Part shown: piece after piece, positions 52,447-64,000 of the stretch | Numbering within the stretch: position 1 is the stretch's first letter | Layout: each line of letters opens with the position of its first letter | Assembly: GCA_964291285.2 (NCBI GenBank) | Contig: OZ219785.1 | Span: forward strand, 288,001 to 352,000 | DNA length: 64,000 nucleotides | From: Alphaproteobacteria bacterium | GTDB lineage: Bacteria; Pseudomonadota; Alphaproteobacteria; Bin95 | Direction: 5' to 3' | Notes under the pieces: generated by a model | The model's input: only the letters and a program-made list of their open reading frames with translations | What the model was told of the DNA's origin: nothing | Databases searched by the model: none | Position numbers and translations under genes: made by a program

Positions 52447-53910
52447 TCAGAGCGAGCGCAGAAACGCGAGCAGCGCGTCCCGCTCTTCTTCGGTCATGTC
52501 TGCAACGCGCTGCTTCGCGGCCTCCGCCTCGCCCCCGTGCCAGAGCACGGCCTCGAGGAGGCCGCGCGCGCGGCCGTCATGCAGGAAGAAGCTGTGGCCG
52601 TTCACGGCTTCGGTAAGCCCGATGCCCCAGAGTGGCGCGGTGCGCCATTCGCGGCCGGTGGCTTCGCCTTCGGGCCGGTCGTCCGCCAGTCCCGGACCCA
52701 TGTCGTGCAGGAGCATGTCGGAATAGGGCCAGATCAACTGGAAGGATTGCTCCGCCCCGATGGAATCGCGGCGCGTCACGAATTTGGGCGTGTGGCAGGC
52801 CGTGCAGCCGGAGTCGTAGAACAGGCGCTTGCCCCGAAGCACCTGCGGGTCGTCCAGGTCGCGCCGGGCCGGCACGGCGAGGTTCCGGGCATAGAACATC
52901 AGCAGGTCGAACAGGGTCTCCCCCGCCTCGACGCCCGGAACGCCCTTGTCATCGTCGCCGTGAGGGGCGGTGCGGCACGCCGCCTGCATCTCCGTGCAGT
53001 CGCCGAACGGAACCGGATAGAGCGGCGTCGAGATGCCGATATCGCCGCGAAAGGCCGCCGCGGCCTGCTGGACGAGCGTGGGCTGCCCGGCCTTCCAGCC
53101 GAACCGTCCCAGCATGAGCCTGCCGTGCTCGTCGCTCCACACCCGGTTCGGCCGCCCCGAGACGCCGTCGCCGTCCCGGTCGTCCGGGTCCGCGCCGGCA
53201 AGGATGTCGTCCTCCGGCACCGCCTCCAGCAGACCGACGCCGATCATCGGCGGGGCGGTGCGCGGCGACATCCGCAAATCCGGCGCGGGCGGGCCGTAGC
53301 GCAAGCCCGTCAACCCGTATCGGGGCCGGCGCAGCGACACCGAGCCGCCATCGGCCAGTCTCACCGGGATTTCCTCCCAGGCAGTGGTCATCCTGCCCTC
53401 GGCGGGCACGCCCTGCACGGAGCGGTTCTGAAGCTGGCCTCCATAGGACGGGTCCGGGTCCCTGCCGCCGGGCCCCGCGGACAGGCGGAGCACCATCGAT
53501 ACCGCCGGGTCGCCGGGCACGGGCGGACGACCGCGTCCGTCCTTGACGTGGCAGCTCTGGCAGGAGCGCGCGTTGAACAGCGGACCCAGCCCGTCGGACG
53601 ACCGGGTCGAACTCGGAGACGACACCCAGATCTTCACGAAGACGCCGTCGCCGACCTCGAAATCGAGCTTGCGCTCGAAGGGCATATTCGCCGACGGGTG
53701 CGAAAAAGCGTCACGGTTCGGCGTCGCGAAGGAGGTCGCCGCGCCGCCGGGCCGCCGTTCATAACGCTCGGGGGCGGTGAAATCGGTCGCAGGCCGTGTC
53801 ACAGCCTCGATACGCGCCCGCTCCGCATCTCCACCGGACGATACCCCGGCGATTCCCGCGAACGGCAGGAGGATCGCAGCCGTCGCAGCGATATGACTGA
53901 ACCTGTTCAT
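52447..53910 (-). CDS. Di-heme oxidoreductase (DHOR/DUF1111)
   Basis: DGLGPLFNARSCQSCH, GRFGWKA, CTACH, EWRTAPLWG, LHDGRAR, WHGGEA. Confidence 0.92.
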   Translation of the reverse strand: MNRFSHIAATAAILLPFAGIAGVSSGGDAERARIEAVTRPATDFTAPERYERRPGGAATSFATPNRDAFSHPSANMPFERKLDFEVGDGVFVKIWVSSPSSTRSSDGLGPLFNARSCQSCHVKDGRGRPPVPGDPAVSMVLRLSAGPGGRDPDPSYGGQLQNRSVQGVPAEGRMTTAWEEIPVRLADGGSVSLRRPRYGLTGLRYGPPAPDLRMSPRTAPPMIGVGLLEAVPEDDILAGADPDDRDGDGVSGRPNRVWSDEHGRLMLGRFGWKAGQPTLVQQAAAAFRGDIGISTPLYPVPFGDCTEMQAACRTAPHGDDDKGVPGVEAGETLFDLLMFYARNLAVPARRDLDDPQVLRGKRLFYDSGCTACHTPKFVTRRDSIGAEQSFQLIWPYSDMLLHDMGPGLADDRPEGEATGREWRTAPLWGIGLTEAVNGHSFFLHDGRARGLLEAVLWHGGEAEAAKQRVADMTEEERDALLAFLRSL

Positions 53911-53945
53911 CGAAAAATGTTCACGCGGGGGTTGACAGTTCGTAT

Positions 53946-53964
53946 GCTAATGAGAATCGTTAGC
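53946..53964. promoter_or_regulatory. Fur-box-like palindrome in the divergent promoter
   Basis: GCTAATGAGAATCGTTAGC, 15/19 match to GATAATGATAATCATTATC, between iron-uptake genes. Confidence 0.7.
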
Positions 53965-53994
53965 ATTCGCAACTGGTGAGAGTGGAGCGAGTTC

Positions 53995-55299
53995 ATGAAA
54001 AAGCACGGAATGCTGGCTGCAGCGTTCGGGGCCTGCCTCCTGGGATCGGGCCTGGTCGCCGCGGTCGGCGGGCAAAGCAAGGCCACGGCGGATGCCGGGT
54101 CGCCCGAGAGCAGGGTGCTCGCGCACTATGCGGCACTGGCGCATGCCGTCTATGAGGATTCGCTCATCACCGCCCAGACGCTTCAGGGGGCGGTGGACAA
54201 GCTGATCGCCGCCCCGTCCGAAGACACGCTCGCCGCGGCGCGCGCCGCCTGGCTCGCTTCCCGCGTGCCCTACCAGCAGAGCGAGGTCTATCGCTTCGGC
54301 AACGCCGTGGTGGACGACTGGGAAGGCAAGGTCAACGCCTGGCCGCTCGACGAGGGCCTGATCGACTATGTCGATGCCGGCTACGGCGCCTCCTCGGAGG
54401 AGAACCCCGGCTACACCGCGAATGTCGTTGCCAATGCGATGTTCACCTTCTCGGGCGAGCAGATCGACGCCTCTTCCATCGACGCGGCGCTGCTGGCCGA
54501 CCGGCTGCACGAGCTCGGCGGCGTTGAGGCGAACGTCGCGACCGGCTACCACGCCGTCGAGTTTCTCCTCTGGGGCCAGGACCTGAACGGCACCGGGCCC
54601 GGCGCGGGCGTGCGTCCGGCGACCGATTTCGACACGTCCGACTGCACCGGCGGCAATTGCGACCGCCGCGCCGCCTATCTCAAGGCCGCAGCCGACCTGC
54701 TGGTGGACGACCTCGCCTGGATGACGGCGCAATGGACGGCCTACGGGCCCGCCACCAGGGCGCTGGTGGGCGGCGATGCTGCCGAAGGTCTGGCGACCAT
54801 CGTCACCGGCATGGGCAACCTCTCCTACGGCGAGCTCGCCGGCGAGCGCATGAAGCTCGGCCTGTTGCTGCACGACCCGGAAGAGGAGCATGACTGCTTC
54901 AGCGACAACACGCATAACTCGCACTATTACGACGCGCTGGGCATCAGGAACATCTATCTCGGCGAATACAGGCGGACCGACGGCAGCATGGTGTCGGGCC
55001 CCGGCCTGTCCTCGCTGGTGGCGGCGGTTTCGCCCGAAGTCGACATGGCGCTGCGCGCCCGTCTCGACGCCACGATGGCGGCGATGGCAGAGCTGGTGAA
55101 GTCAGCCGAGGGCGGCGAGGCCTACGACCAGATGATCGGCGAGGGCAATGCGGCCGGCAACGACCGGGTGCAGGCCGCCATAGACGGGCTCACCGCGCAG
55201 ACCGACGCGATCACGAAGGCCGCATCGGCGCTCGGGCTCGCAAGCATCGAGTTCGAGGGTTCCGACAGCCTCGACGACCCGGAGGCGGTCTTCCAGTGA
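53995..55299 (+). CDS. Imelysin-family iron-regulated protein (IrpA/LruB-like)
   Basis: VNAWPLDEGLIDYV, TGYHAVEFLLWGQD, EEEHDCFSDNTH. Confidence 0.92.
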   Translation: MKKHGMLAAAFGACLLGSGLVAAVGGQSKATADAGSPESRVLAHYAALAHAVYEDSLITAQTLQGAVDKLIAAPSEDTLAAARAAWLASRVPYQQSEVYRFGNAVVDDWEGKVNAWPLDEGLIDYVDAGYGASSEENPGYTANVVANAMFTFSGEQIDASSIDAALLADRLHELGGVEANVATGYHAVEFLLWGQDLNGTGPGAGVRPATDFDTSDCTGGNCDRRAAYLKAAADLLVDDLAWMTAQWTAYGPATRALVGGDAAEGLATIVTGMGNLSYGELAGERMKLGLLLHDPEEEHDCFSDNTHNSHYYDALGIRNIYLGEYRRTDGSMVSGPGLSSLVAAVSPEVDMALRARLDATMAAMAELVKSAEGGEAYDQMIGEGNAAGNDRVQAAIDGLTAQTDAITKAASALGLASIEFEGSDSLDDPEAVFQ

Positions 55300-55348
55300 T
55301 CCGGTAGGGAAACGGCAGGGAAGGCGCTCCTCCAGCCCACCCTGCCGC

Positions 55349-55392
55349 TGCATGGGCGGCGCAACCGCGCAGCGCCGCCCATGCACTTTCTA
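55349..55392 (+). terminator. Intrinsic terminator
   Basis: 14-bp stem TGCATGGGCGGCGC/GCGCCGCCCATGCA then CTTTCT. Confidence 0.6.
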
Positions 55393-55434
55393 TCACAGAA
55401 GCGGCGCGCCTGTCGCCCGCAATCGGGCAGCCGG

Positions 55435-57718
55435 CAGGGAAAATTTTTAGTCGAACCGCGGGCTTTGTCTGAGTGATGTCGGTCTGGCTGCCGGTGTTTG
55501 CCGTGAAAATTGTTGGGGATCGGGCGCAAAAAAAACCTCCCCGCCAAAGCACTGCTCCCGAGGCGTCCGATACTCGCCATCTGCGGCGCCCGTCTTGCGG
55601 ACCCTGACCGGTAGGCAACCCCGTAAAAGCCCGAAGTCCCGCCCGCGCGGCCGGCACCTGTTTTCATGATACGGGGTGGCCGACCCGCCCGACAATGAAG
55701 GTTTTGGGGAACCCCAGACGTTTCTGGCCGCCGTCATGGTGGTTTCTTGATGCCGCGGTCCAGTGTTTTCGTCCTCGACGGGCGCAGTTGTTTTGCTGCG
55801 CCGTTCTTCGGCCCGAGCCTGTATTGCGGTGGGGGGTGGGGTATCAGCCTCTGGGCGCGATCATAATCGCGTCGAGGGCCTCTTGGGCGCGGGCGGCGTA
55901 GTGCCGGTTGGCCTCGGGTACATATCGGAAGCGTCCGTCGCAGCGCACGATAGCGATGGCCGCGTTGCTCAAGCAGGCCAGATTTCCGGGCAGGTGGCGC
56001 ACATATGCCCGGCAACGGTCTTCGTCATAGGTGAAGTCACGCACATAGTGCACACGGTTCTCAATGTGCCAGTGGTTGCGCACCAGATCGAGAAGCTCCT
56101 TGGGGCCGGCTCGCTCTGCGCCAAGCGACGTCAGGCTCCAGGTGACCTCGATGCTGCGCTTGCCGGTTTTGAGCATCTTGCGCTCGCGTTCCATGCGCAT
56201 TGCCTGGCGGCGCCCGTGAAGGTGGGCGTAGCCGTCCCACTCGGCAGCGCAGAGGTCGACGACGGCGCAGCGTCGGCGCTCAATGCGACCATGGCCCTTG
56301 TCGACGGTTTCGTGCCAGGGCGCATCGCTGAAGTCGATCGCCTTGAGGTCTTCGAGGATGGTCTGCTGGTTGCCCTTCACCGCGCTGACCACGTAGTCGG
56401 CACGGCGTTCGAGCAGGCAACGCGCGGTCTCGTGCTGGGCGTGCATCGCATCGATGGTGACGATCCGGCCTGTGAGGTCGAGACCGCTGGAGAGTTCGCG
56501 CACGGCCGGGATTTCGTTGCTTTTGGAGCTGACTTCGACCTGCCCGAGGACCACGCCGGTGTCATGCGCCACCGCAGCGACCATCCTCCTGCGCCGGTCT
56601 TCGCTCTGCTTCGAGGCACCGCGCAAATCCTTTCCGTCCATGGCCACAGGCGCGTGCGCACTGCTGTGCTGTCCGGCCCACTGGCCGATGGCATTGTCCA
56701 GGGTCTGTGGCGGCAGGGCGGCGAGGATGTTGTGGAAGGTGGTGACCGCCGGCGGCGTGTAGCACTGCCTGGATGGGCTCCAGAAGGCGCCCACCGCCTT
56801 GAGTTGCTTCTGGGAGAGCAGGGCGGCGAACTGGGCGAAGGCGTTCACACCCCGGTATCCGGCAAGCCGGGCGGCAACGGCCAGCGTCAGAATGGTGGTG
56901 AGCGCATAGCGCTTGCCCCGGGCATGGCGGTATTCGGGCACCTCGCCCAAACACTCGAACAGGCTGCGCAGCCGGGGCGCCGCCATCGGCTCGGTGTGCT
57001 GCTCAGCGTTCCAGTCTGCCGGTATCTCGGGATGGCTCAGCGCCTCGGGGGCGCCGTGTGTCAGTTCGAACACGAAGACCTCCTTGGGCTGGCCGTGGTG
57101 ACGCCAGCGCGCCACCCCTCCGGGCTCGCGGGCAAAGCCGCGCGTCAGACCCAAAGAGCGCCAGTTGGCCGCGCGGTAGCAGGTGCCGGCGAAGCGCGAG
57201 ACGTCCACAAACGTCTCCGCCACAACAGCCGGATAGCCATGCGCCGCCCGCAGGTCCTGCGACAGCCGCCGCACGCTCAGCCCCAGCACCCGCGAGGCAA
57301 GGTTGGGAACCCGCTCAGGCGTCAGGATGACAAAGCGCGAGTTGTTGGCAACCAGATGCAGGCGACGGAACTGCTGCTCCGCCGACCACCCGATCCAGCG
57401 GTCCCGCGCTCCCACCTTGAACGCTCCAGGCTGCCAGCCAACCAGGGCAAGCCAGGCCTCGCCATGAACCGCGACATGGCGCAGACCCTTGCCGATGATG
57501 CCGTGGAACCGCAGATAGTGGTGCGCCGCTACCAAATCGTCCCAGCGCCGGTGCTCCCGTGCCCCCCAGGTCGGGCGCACCGTGACCGCGCGAAGATCAA
57601 CCCAAACACCCGCAAACAGAAACCTCGCCATGACCGGCACACTGCCATATCAAGAAAAAAATAGCCACCCCGGACCCCACCTCAACATGGCCCAAAGGCA
57701 GACAATTAATTCGCCCTG
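55435..57718 (-). mobile_element. ISAs1-family insertion sequence
   Basis: Imperfect terminal IRs CAGGGaaAATTtttaGTC / CAGGGcgAATTaattGTC; lower GC than the flanks; no target duplication seen. Confidence 0.7.
55844..57631 (-). CDS. ISAs1 transposase with N-terminal DUF4338 (DruA-like) domain
   Basis: N-terminal HHYL..RDRWIGW..NNSRF..NLASRVL..ETFVD..GTCYRAANW; C-terminal MDGKDLRG, KSNEIPA, TIDAMHAQ, VKGNQ, RNHWHIEN, DEDR. Confidence 0.9.
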   Translation of the reverse strand: MARFLFAGVWVDLRAVTVRPTWGAREHRRWDDLVAAHHYLRFHGIIGKGLRHVAVHGEAWLALVGWQPGAFKVGARDRWIGWSAEQQFRRLHLVANNSRFVILTPERVPNLASRVLGLSVRRLSQDLRAAHGYPAVVAETFVDVSRFAGTCYRAANWRSLGLTRGFAREPGGVARWRHHGQPKEVFVFELTHGAPEALSHPEIPADWNAEQHTEPMAAPRLRSLFECLGEVPEYRHARGKRYALTTILTLAVAARLAGYRGVNAFAQFAALLSQKQLKAVGAFWSPSRQCYTPPAVTTFHNILAALPPQTLDNAIGQWAGQHSSAHAPVAMDGKDLRGASKQSEDRRRRMVAAVAHDTGVVLGQVEVSSKSNEIPAVRELSSGLDLTGRIVTIDAMHAQHETARCLLERRADYVVSAVKGNQQTILEDLKAIDFSDAPWHETVDKGHGRIERRRCAVVDLCAAEWDGYAHLHGRRQAMRMERERKMLKTGKRSIEVTWSLTSLGAERAGPKELLDLVRNHWHIENRVHYVRDFTYDEDRCRAYVRHLPGNLACLSNAAIAIVRCDGRFRYVPEANRHYAARAQEALDAIMIAPRG

Positions 57719-57793
57719 CCCCTGCCGCCCTGTCCTCCGGCGCCGGCGCCGGCTAGACTGTCGGCGTCGCAATTCATCGGGGAGGCATGCGCC

Positions 57794-58651
57794 ATGCCGT
57801 TCGAAGCCGTTCCGCTGTCCGGGTCCCTCGGCGCCGAGGCCCGGGGCGTCGATGTCGCGAGCCTCGACGATGCCGGATTCGCCGAGGCGCATGCCGCACT
57901 GCTGGAATACGGGGTGGTCGCTTTTCGCGGCCAGGAGCTCGACGCGCACGCCTATCTCGCCTTCGCGAAGCGCTGGGGAGGCATCCACCTGCATCCCCAT
58001 CTGAAGGGCCTCGACGACCGGCCGGAGATCATCGAGATCGTGCGAGAGGCGGACGACCCGACGGGCTTCGCCGACCACTGGCACACCGACCAGAGCTTCA
58101 CGAAGACGCCCGCCATGGCGACCCTGCTCTACGCGAAGGAAGTGCCGGCGGCCGGCGGCGACACGCTGTTCGCCAACCTCTACGCAAGCTACGACGCGCT
58201 CTCCGACGGCATGAAGGCGATGGCGGCGAAGCTGCGCACCCACAATCTCTACAACAAGCACGCGCCGCGCTCGGAAAAGATGCAGATGCGCGTCACCGAG
58301 AAGGACAAGCCCGCGGAGCCGGCCTACCACCCGCTGGTGCGCGTCCACCCGGAGACCGGGCGCCCGGCGCTCTACCTGAGCGATTCCCGCAGCACGAGGC
58401 GCTTCGAGGGCATGACGGAGGAGGAGAGCCTGCCGCTGCTCGACTGGCTGATGGGCCATGCCACGCGGCCGGAGTTCACCTGCCGGCTGCGCTGGGAAGC
58501 CGGCACGCTCGCCATCTGGGACAACCGCCGCTTGATGCACATGGCCGTCAACGACTATTTCGGCCAGCGCCGGGTCATGCAGCGCATCACCATCGAGGGC
58601 GGGCCCACCGTCGGCATCCTCGACGCGGAGGCGCCCCGGCAGGCGGCTTAG
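57794..58651 (+). CDS. TauD/TfdA family dioxygenase
   Basis: WHTD, GGDTLF, HPLVRVHPETGR, WDNRRLMH. Confidence 0.92.
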   Translation: MPFEAVPLSGSLGAEARGVDVASLDDAGFAEAHAALLEYGVVAFRGQELDAHAYLAFAKRWGGIHLHPHLKGLDDRPEIIEIVREADDPTGFADHWHTDQSFTKTPAMATLLYAKEVPAAGGDTLFANLYASYDALSDGMKAMAAKLRTHNLYNKHAPRSEKMQMRVTEKDKPAEPAYHPLVRVHPETGRPALYLSDSRSTRRFEGMTEEESLPLLDWLMGHATRPEFTCRLRWEAGTLAIWDNRRLMHMAVNDYFGQRRVMQRITIEGGPTVGILDAEAPRQAA

Positions 58652-58660
58652 GGCGGAAGT

Positions 58661-59170
58661 TCAGCGCCGGATAGCCGCCACCAGGCGGGCCAGTTCGCGC
58701 CAGGGCCCGGGGTCCCAGTAGCCGCTCGCGGCACCGGAGGTCGAGGGCAGCACGAACATCGCTGTATCGCCGATTCGCTCCTCCCGGAGGCCGTAGCCGA
58801 CCCGGTTCGCGCCGATGAACCTCTGCGCGGCGTTCTTGCCGTTGAAGGCGAGCATGCAGGGCCGTGCCGCCTCGATCCTGCGGCGGAGCCCGTCCGCGTC
58901 CCATGCGCTGCGCGGTATTCCGGAATCGGGACCGCTGGCCGTCTTGGCGAGATCGGTGAGGCCGATGCCGAATTCGGGAAGCAGGCGGAATTCCTCGGGC
59001 GCCAGCAGGCGGGGCGTCAGCCCGGTCTCATGCAGGATGCGCCAGAACCTGTTGCCGCGTCCGGCATAGTAGGCGCCGACCTCCGCCGAACGCCGCCCGG
59101 CGGCCGCGCCGCAGACTGCGAGGTCGAGGCCGGGCGGCAGCAGATCGGGAAGCTTGTCGGAACCCGGTAT
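58661..59170 (-). CDS. mug: Mismatch-specific uracil DNA glycosylase (no standard start codon; ATA at 59170 assumed)
   Basis: LPDLLPPGLDLAVCG..GAYYAGRGNRFWRILHETG..GIGLTDL..AFNGK..VLPSTSG in one frame. Confidence 0.8.
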   Translation of the reverse strand: MPGSDKLPDLLPPGLDLAVCGAAAGRRSAEVGAYYAGRGNRFWRILHETGLTPRLLAPEEFRLLPEFGIGLTDLAKTASGPDSGIPRSAWDADGLRRRIEAARPCMLAFNGKNAAQRFIGANRVGYGLREERIGDTAMFVLPSTSGAASGYWDPGPWRELARLVAAIRR

Positions 59171-59241
59171 TTTCGCGGTACCTATGATCGGCTTCTTTTG
59201 CGCGATTTCGTTTCAGCGGCAGCGAGCCGTCGCCCCCGGCC

Positions 59242-59293
59242 GACAGTACTGTCTTATAGATACTTTGAGTATTGTCGGCTTACACTGTACAGT
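59242..59293. promoter_or_regulatory. Palindromic operators of higBA
   Basis: GACAGTACTGTC (59242-59253) and ACTGTACAGT (59284-59293) upstream of the toxin gene. Confidence 0.55.
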
Positions 59294-59299
59294 CTGCAA

Positions 59300-59578
59300 A
59301 TGATCAGGACGTTCCGTCATCGCGGCTTGCGGGAGCTCTACGAGCAGGGACGGTCGCCAAAATTGGCGCAAGGACACATCGGGAAGCTCTCGCGCATCCT
59401 GACCGCTCTGGATCGGAGCTCCGGCCCGGAAGGTATGGATATTCCCGGCTTTCGACTCCACCCTCTCAGGGGACGTATGCAGGGACATTATGCAGTATCC
59501 GTTTCCGCCAACTGGCGAGTGACATTCCGGTTCGAGGATGGCCACGCAGCGGACGTCGATTATATGGACTACCACTAG
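59300..59578 (+). CDS. higB: HigB (RelE-family) toxin
   Basis: MIRTFRHRGL, PGFRLHPLRG, VSANWRVTFRF, DYH. Confidence 0.93.
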   Translation: MIRTFRHRGLRELYEQGRSPKLAQGHIGKLSRILTALDRSSGPEGMDIPGFRLHPLRGRMQGHYAVSVSANWRVTFRFEDGHAADVDYMDYH

Positions 59579-59589
59579 GAGGTCTTGGC

Positions 59590-59877
59590 ATGGCAATGAA
59601 GAATCCCGCGCATCCCGGCGCGATTGTGCGCGAAGACTGCCTGAAGCCGTTGGGCCTGTCCGTTACCGAAGGCGCGAGACGGTTGGGCGTAGGCCGCCAG
59701 ACGCTGTCCAACCTTGTCAACGAGAAGGCGGCCGTCTCGATCGAGATGGCCTATCGCCTCTCCAAGGCGTTCGGCTCCACCCCGGAGACATGGCTCGGCA
59801 TGCAGTTGGCTTTCGACCTCGCGCAGTCGCGCCATCTGGAACGCACGATTACCGTCGAGCGAATCGCGGTCGCATAG
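59590..59877 (+). CDS. higA: HigA antitoxin
   Basis: MKNPAHPG, HTH, EMAYRLSKAFGSTPETWLGMQ. Confidence 0.93.
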   Translation: MAMKNPAHPGAIVREDCLKPLGLSVTEGARRLGVGRQTLSNLVNEKAAVSIEMAYRLSKAFGSTPETWLGMQLAFDLAQSRHLERTITVERIAVA

Positions 59878-59899
59878 GGAGCGGCGCAGACAGCCGCGC

Positions 59900-60304
59900 T
59901 CAGCCCAGTTCGGCCAGCTTCGCTTCGGCGACGGCGGCGCGGCGTTCGGCGTCGGCGCGGCGGCGCTCGTCGTCCGTGTCGGCGGCGTCCTCGCGCGCCT
60001 CGCGCAGTTCGCGTTCGACCTCCGCGCGGTCGAGTTCGGCGAGCGGCACGGCCTCGTCCGCCAGCACCGTGCAGCGCTCGGGCGTGACTTCCGCGAAGCC
60101 GCCGGCGACGAAGATCGCGGCCGGCTCGCCCGCGCCGTCATGCAGGCGGATCGTGCCGGGGCGCACGGTCGAGATCAGCGGCGAGTGGCGGGGCAGCACG
60201 CCGAAATCGCCGGCCGCGCCCGGCACCACCACCATGTCGGCCTCCTGCGAGAGCAGCAGGCGCTCGGGCGTGACCAGTTCGAATTCGACCTTGCCGTCCG
60301 CCAT
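59900..60304 (-). CDS. atpC: ATP synthase epsilon subunit
   Basis: FELVTPERLL, GDFGVLPRH, GGFAEV. Confidence 0.96.
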   Translation of the reverse strand: MADGKVEFELVTPERLLLSQEADMVVVPGAAGDFGVLPRHSPLISTVRPGTIRLHDGAGEPAAIFVAGGFAEVTPERCTVLADEAVPLAELDRAEVERELREAREDAADTDDERRRADAERRAAVAEAKLAELG

Positions 60305-60306
60305 CG

Positions 60307-62630
<2,324 letters not shown>

Positions 62631-62645
62631 GGCGGCGGCGGGCGC

Positions 62646-64000
62646 TCAGGCGAAGGTCCTGGCGAAGGCGGCGACGATCCCGTCCACTTCCTTCTCGGTG
62701 TCGTCGTCGAGGTCGCCGGTCTCGTCGATGCGCGCCATCAGCTCGCCGTGGCGGGCCTTGATCTCGCCGAGCAGGCCTTCCTCGAAGCGGGTCACGTCGC
62801 GCACGCCGACGCCGTCCAGATAGCCGCGCACGCCGGCGAAGATCGCCACCACCTGCTCGGCCACGCTGCGCGGCGCATACTGGCCCTGCTTGAGCACCTC
62901 CGTGAGCCGCGCGCCGCGGGCCAGCAATTGCTGCGTCGAGGCGTCGAGGTCGGAGGCGAATTGCGAGAAGGCCTCCATCTCCCGGAACTGCGCAAGCTCC
63001 AGCTTGATGCGCCCCGCCACCTTCTTCATCGCCTTCGTCTGCGCGGCGGAGCCGACGCGGCTGACCGAGAGGCCGACATTGATCGCCGGGCGCACGCCCT
63101 TGTAGAACAGGTCCGTCTCCAGGAAGATCTGCCCGTCCGTGATCGAGATCACGTTGGTCGGGATGAAGGCGGAGACGTCGTTGCCCTGGGTCTCGATCAC
63201 CGGCAGCGCGGTCAGCGAGCCGGCGCCGTGGCCGTCCGCCATCTTGGCGGCTCGCTCCAGCAGGCGCGAATGCAGGTAGAAGACGTCGCCCGGGAACGCC
63301 TCGCGGCCCGGCGGGCGGCGCAGCAGCAGCGACATCTGGCGGTAGGCGGTCGCCTGCTTGGAGAGGTCGTCATAGACGATCACCGCATGCATGCCGTTGT
63401 CGCGGAAATACTCGCCCATGGCGCAGCCCGAATAGGGCGCCAGGAACTGGAGCGGCGCCGGGTCGGAGGCCGTGGCGGCGACGACGATGGAGTATTCCAT
63501 CGCGCCGTATTCCTCGAGCGTCTTGACCACCTGGGCGACCGAGGAGCGCTTCTGGCCGACGGCGACATAGATGCAGTAGAGCTTCTTCGCCTCGTCGCCG
63601 CTCTCGTTGATCTGCTTCTGGTTGATGAAGGTGTCGATGGCGACCGCGGTCTTGCCGGTCTGCCGGTCGCCGATGATGAGTTCGCGCTGGCCGCGCCCGA
63701 TGGGCACCAGGGCGTCGAGCGCCTTCAGGCCGGTCTGCATCGGCTCGTGGACCGAGCGGCGCGGGATGATGCCGGGCGCCTTGACCTCGACCAGCCGGCG
63801 CTCCGCGGCCTCGATGGGGCCCTTGCCATCGATGGGGTTGCCGAGCCCGTCCACCACGCGGCCGAGCAGGCCCTTGCCGACCGGCACATCGACGATGGCC
63901 GAGGTGCGCTTGACGAGGTCGCCCTCGTGGATGTCGCGGTCCTCGCCGAAGATCACCACGCCCACATTGTCGTCTTCGAGGTTGAGCGCCATGCCGCGCG
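62646..64000 (-). CDS. atpA: ATP synthase alpha subunit (5'-truncated by window edge)
   Basis: [18 protein letters not shown]. Confidence 0.98.
   Translation of the reverse strand, partial: RGMALNLEDDNVGVVIFGEDRDIHEGDLVKRTSAIVDVPVGKGLLGRVVDGLGNPIDGKGPIEAAERRLVEVKAPGIIPRRSVHEPMQTGLKALDALVPIGRGQRELIIGDRQTGKTAVAIDTFINQKQINESGDEAKKLYCIYVAVGQKRSSVAQVVKTLEEYGAMEYSIVVAATASDPAPLQFLAPYSGCAMGEYFRDNGMHAVIVYDDLSKQATAYRQMSLLLRRPPGREAFPGDVFYLHSRLLERAAKMADGHGAGSLTALPVIETQGNDVSAFIPTNVISITDGQIFLETDLFYKGVRPAINVGLSVSRVGSAAQTKAMKKVAGRIKLELAQFREMEAFSQFASDLDASTQQLLARGARLTEVLKQGQYAPRSVAEQVVAIFAGVRGYLDGVGVRDVTRFEEGLLGEIKARHGELMARIDETGDLDDDTEKEVDGIVAAFARTFA

Noticed and set aside
55420-57730. Target-site duplication flanking ISAs1
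   Set aside because: Flanks (GGCAGCCGG vs CCCCTGCCG) do not match

Overview
High-GC alphaproteobacterial chromosomal segment (Rhodospirillales-like gene order; the TauD/P450/TA/IS-rich accessory content resembles marine-invertebrate symbionts, which is inference only). Housekeeping genes include glnS, ibpA-like hsp20, mnmE, pgk, cobB, rpe, groES/groEL, ctaA, atpAGDC and tRNA-Pro(UGG). They are interspersed with catabolic genes, a peptide-type ABC transporter, nirK, an imelysin/DHOR iron cluster, three toxin-antitoxin loci, a low-GC restriction-modification pair and IS630/IS1595/ISAs1 elements or remnants. Best leads: (1) a ~2 kb lower-GC islet between tRNA-Pro and groEL with two convergent transcription units carrying three non-canonical tRNAs whose bodies do not match their anticodons (all have TAG in the loop), two micro-ORFs and a structured leader, next to an IS1595 remnant; (2) an AhpD-like CxxU selenoprotein split at an in-frame UGA followed by a SECIS-like hairpin; (3) a promoter-driven non-coding region with helically phased GTCATG repeats; (4) several broken or non-canonical genes (mnmE CTG start, mug with no standard start, frameshifted heparinase-like gene). 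All calls were made by eye, without database searches.
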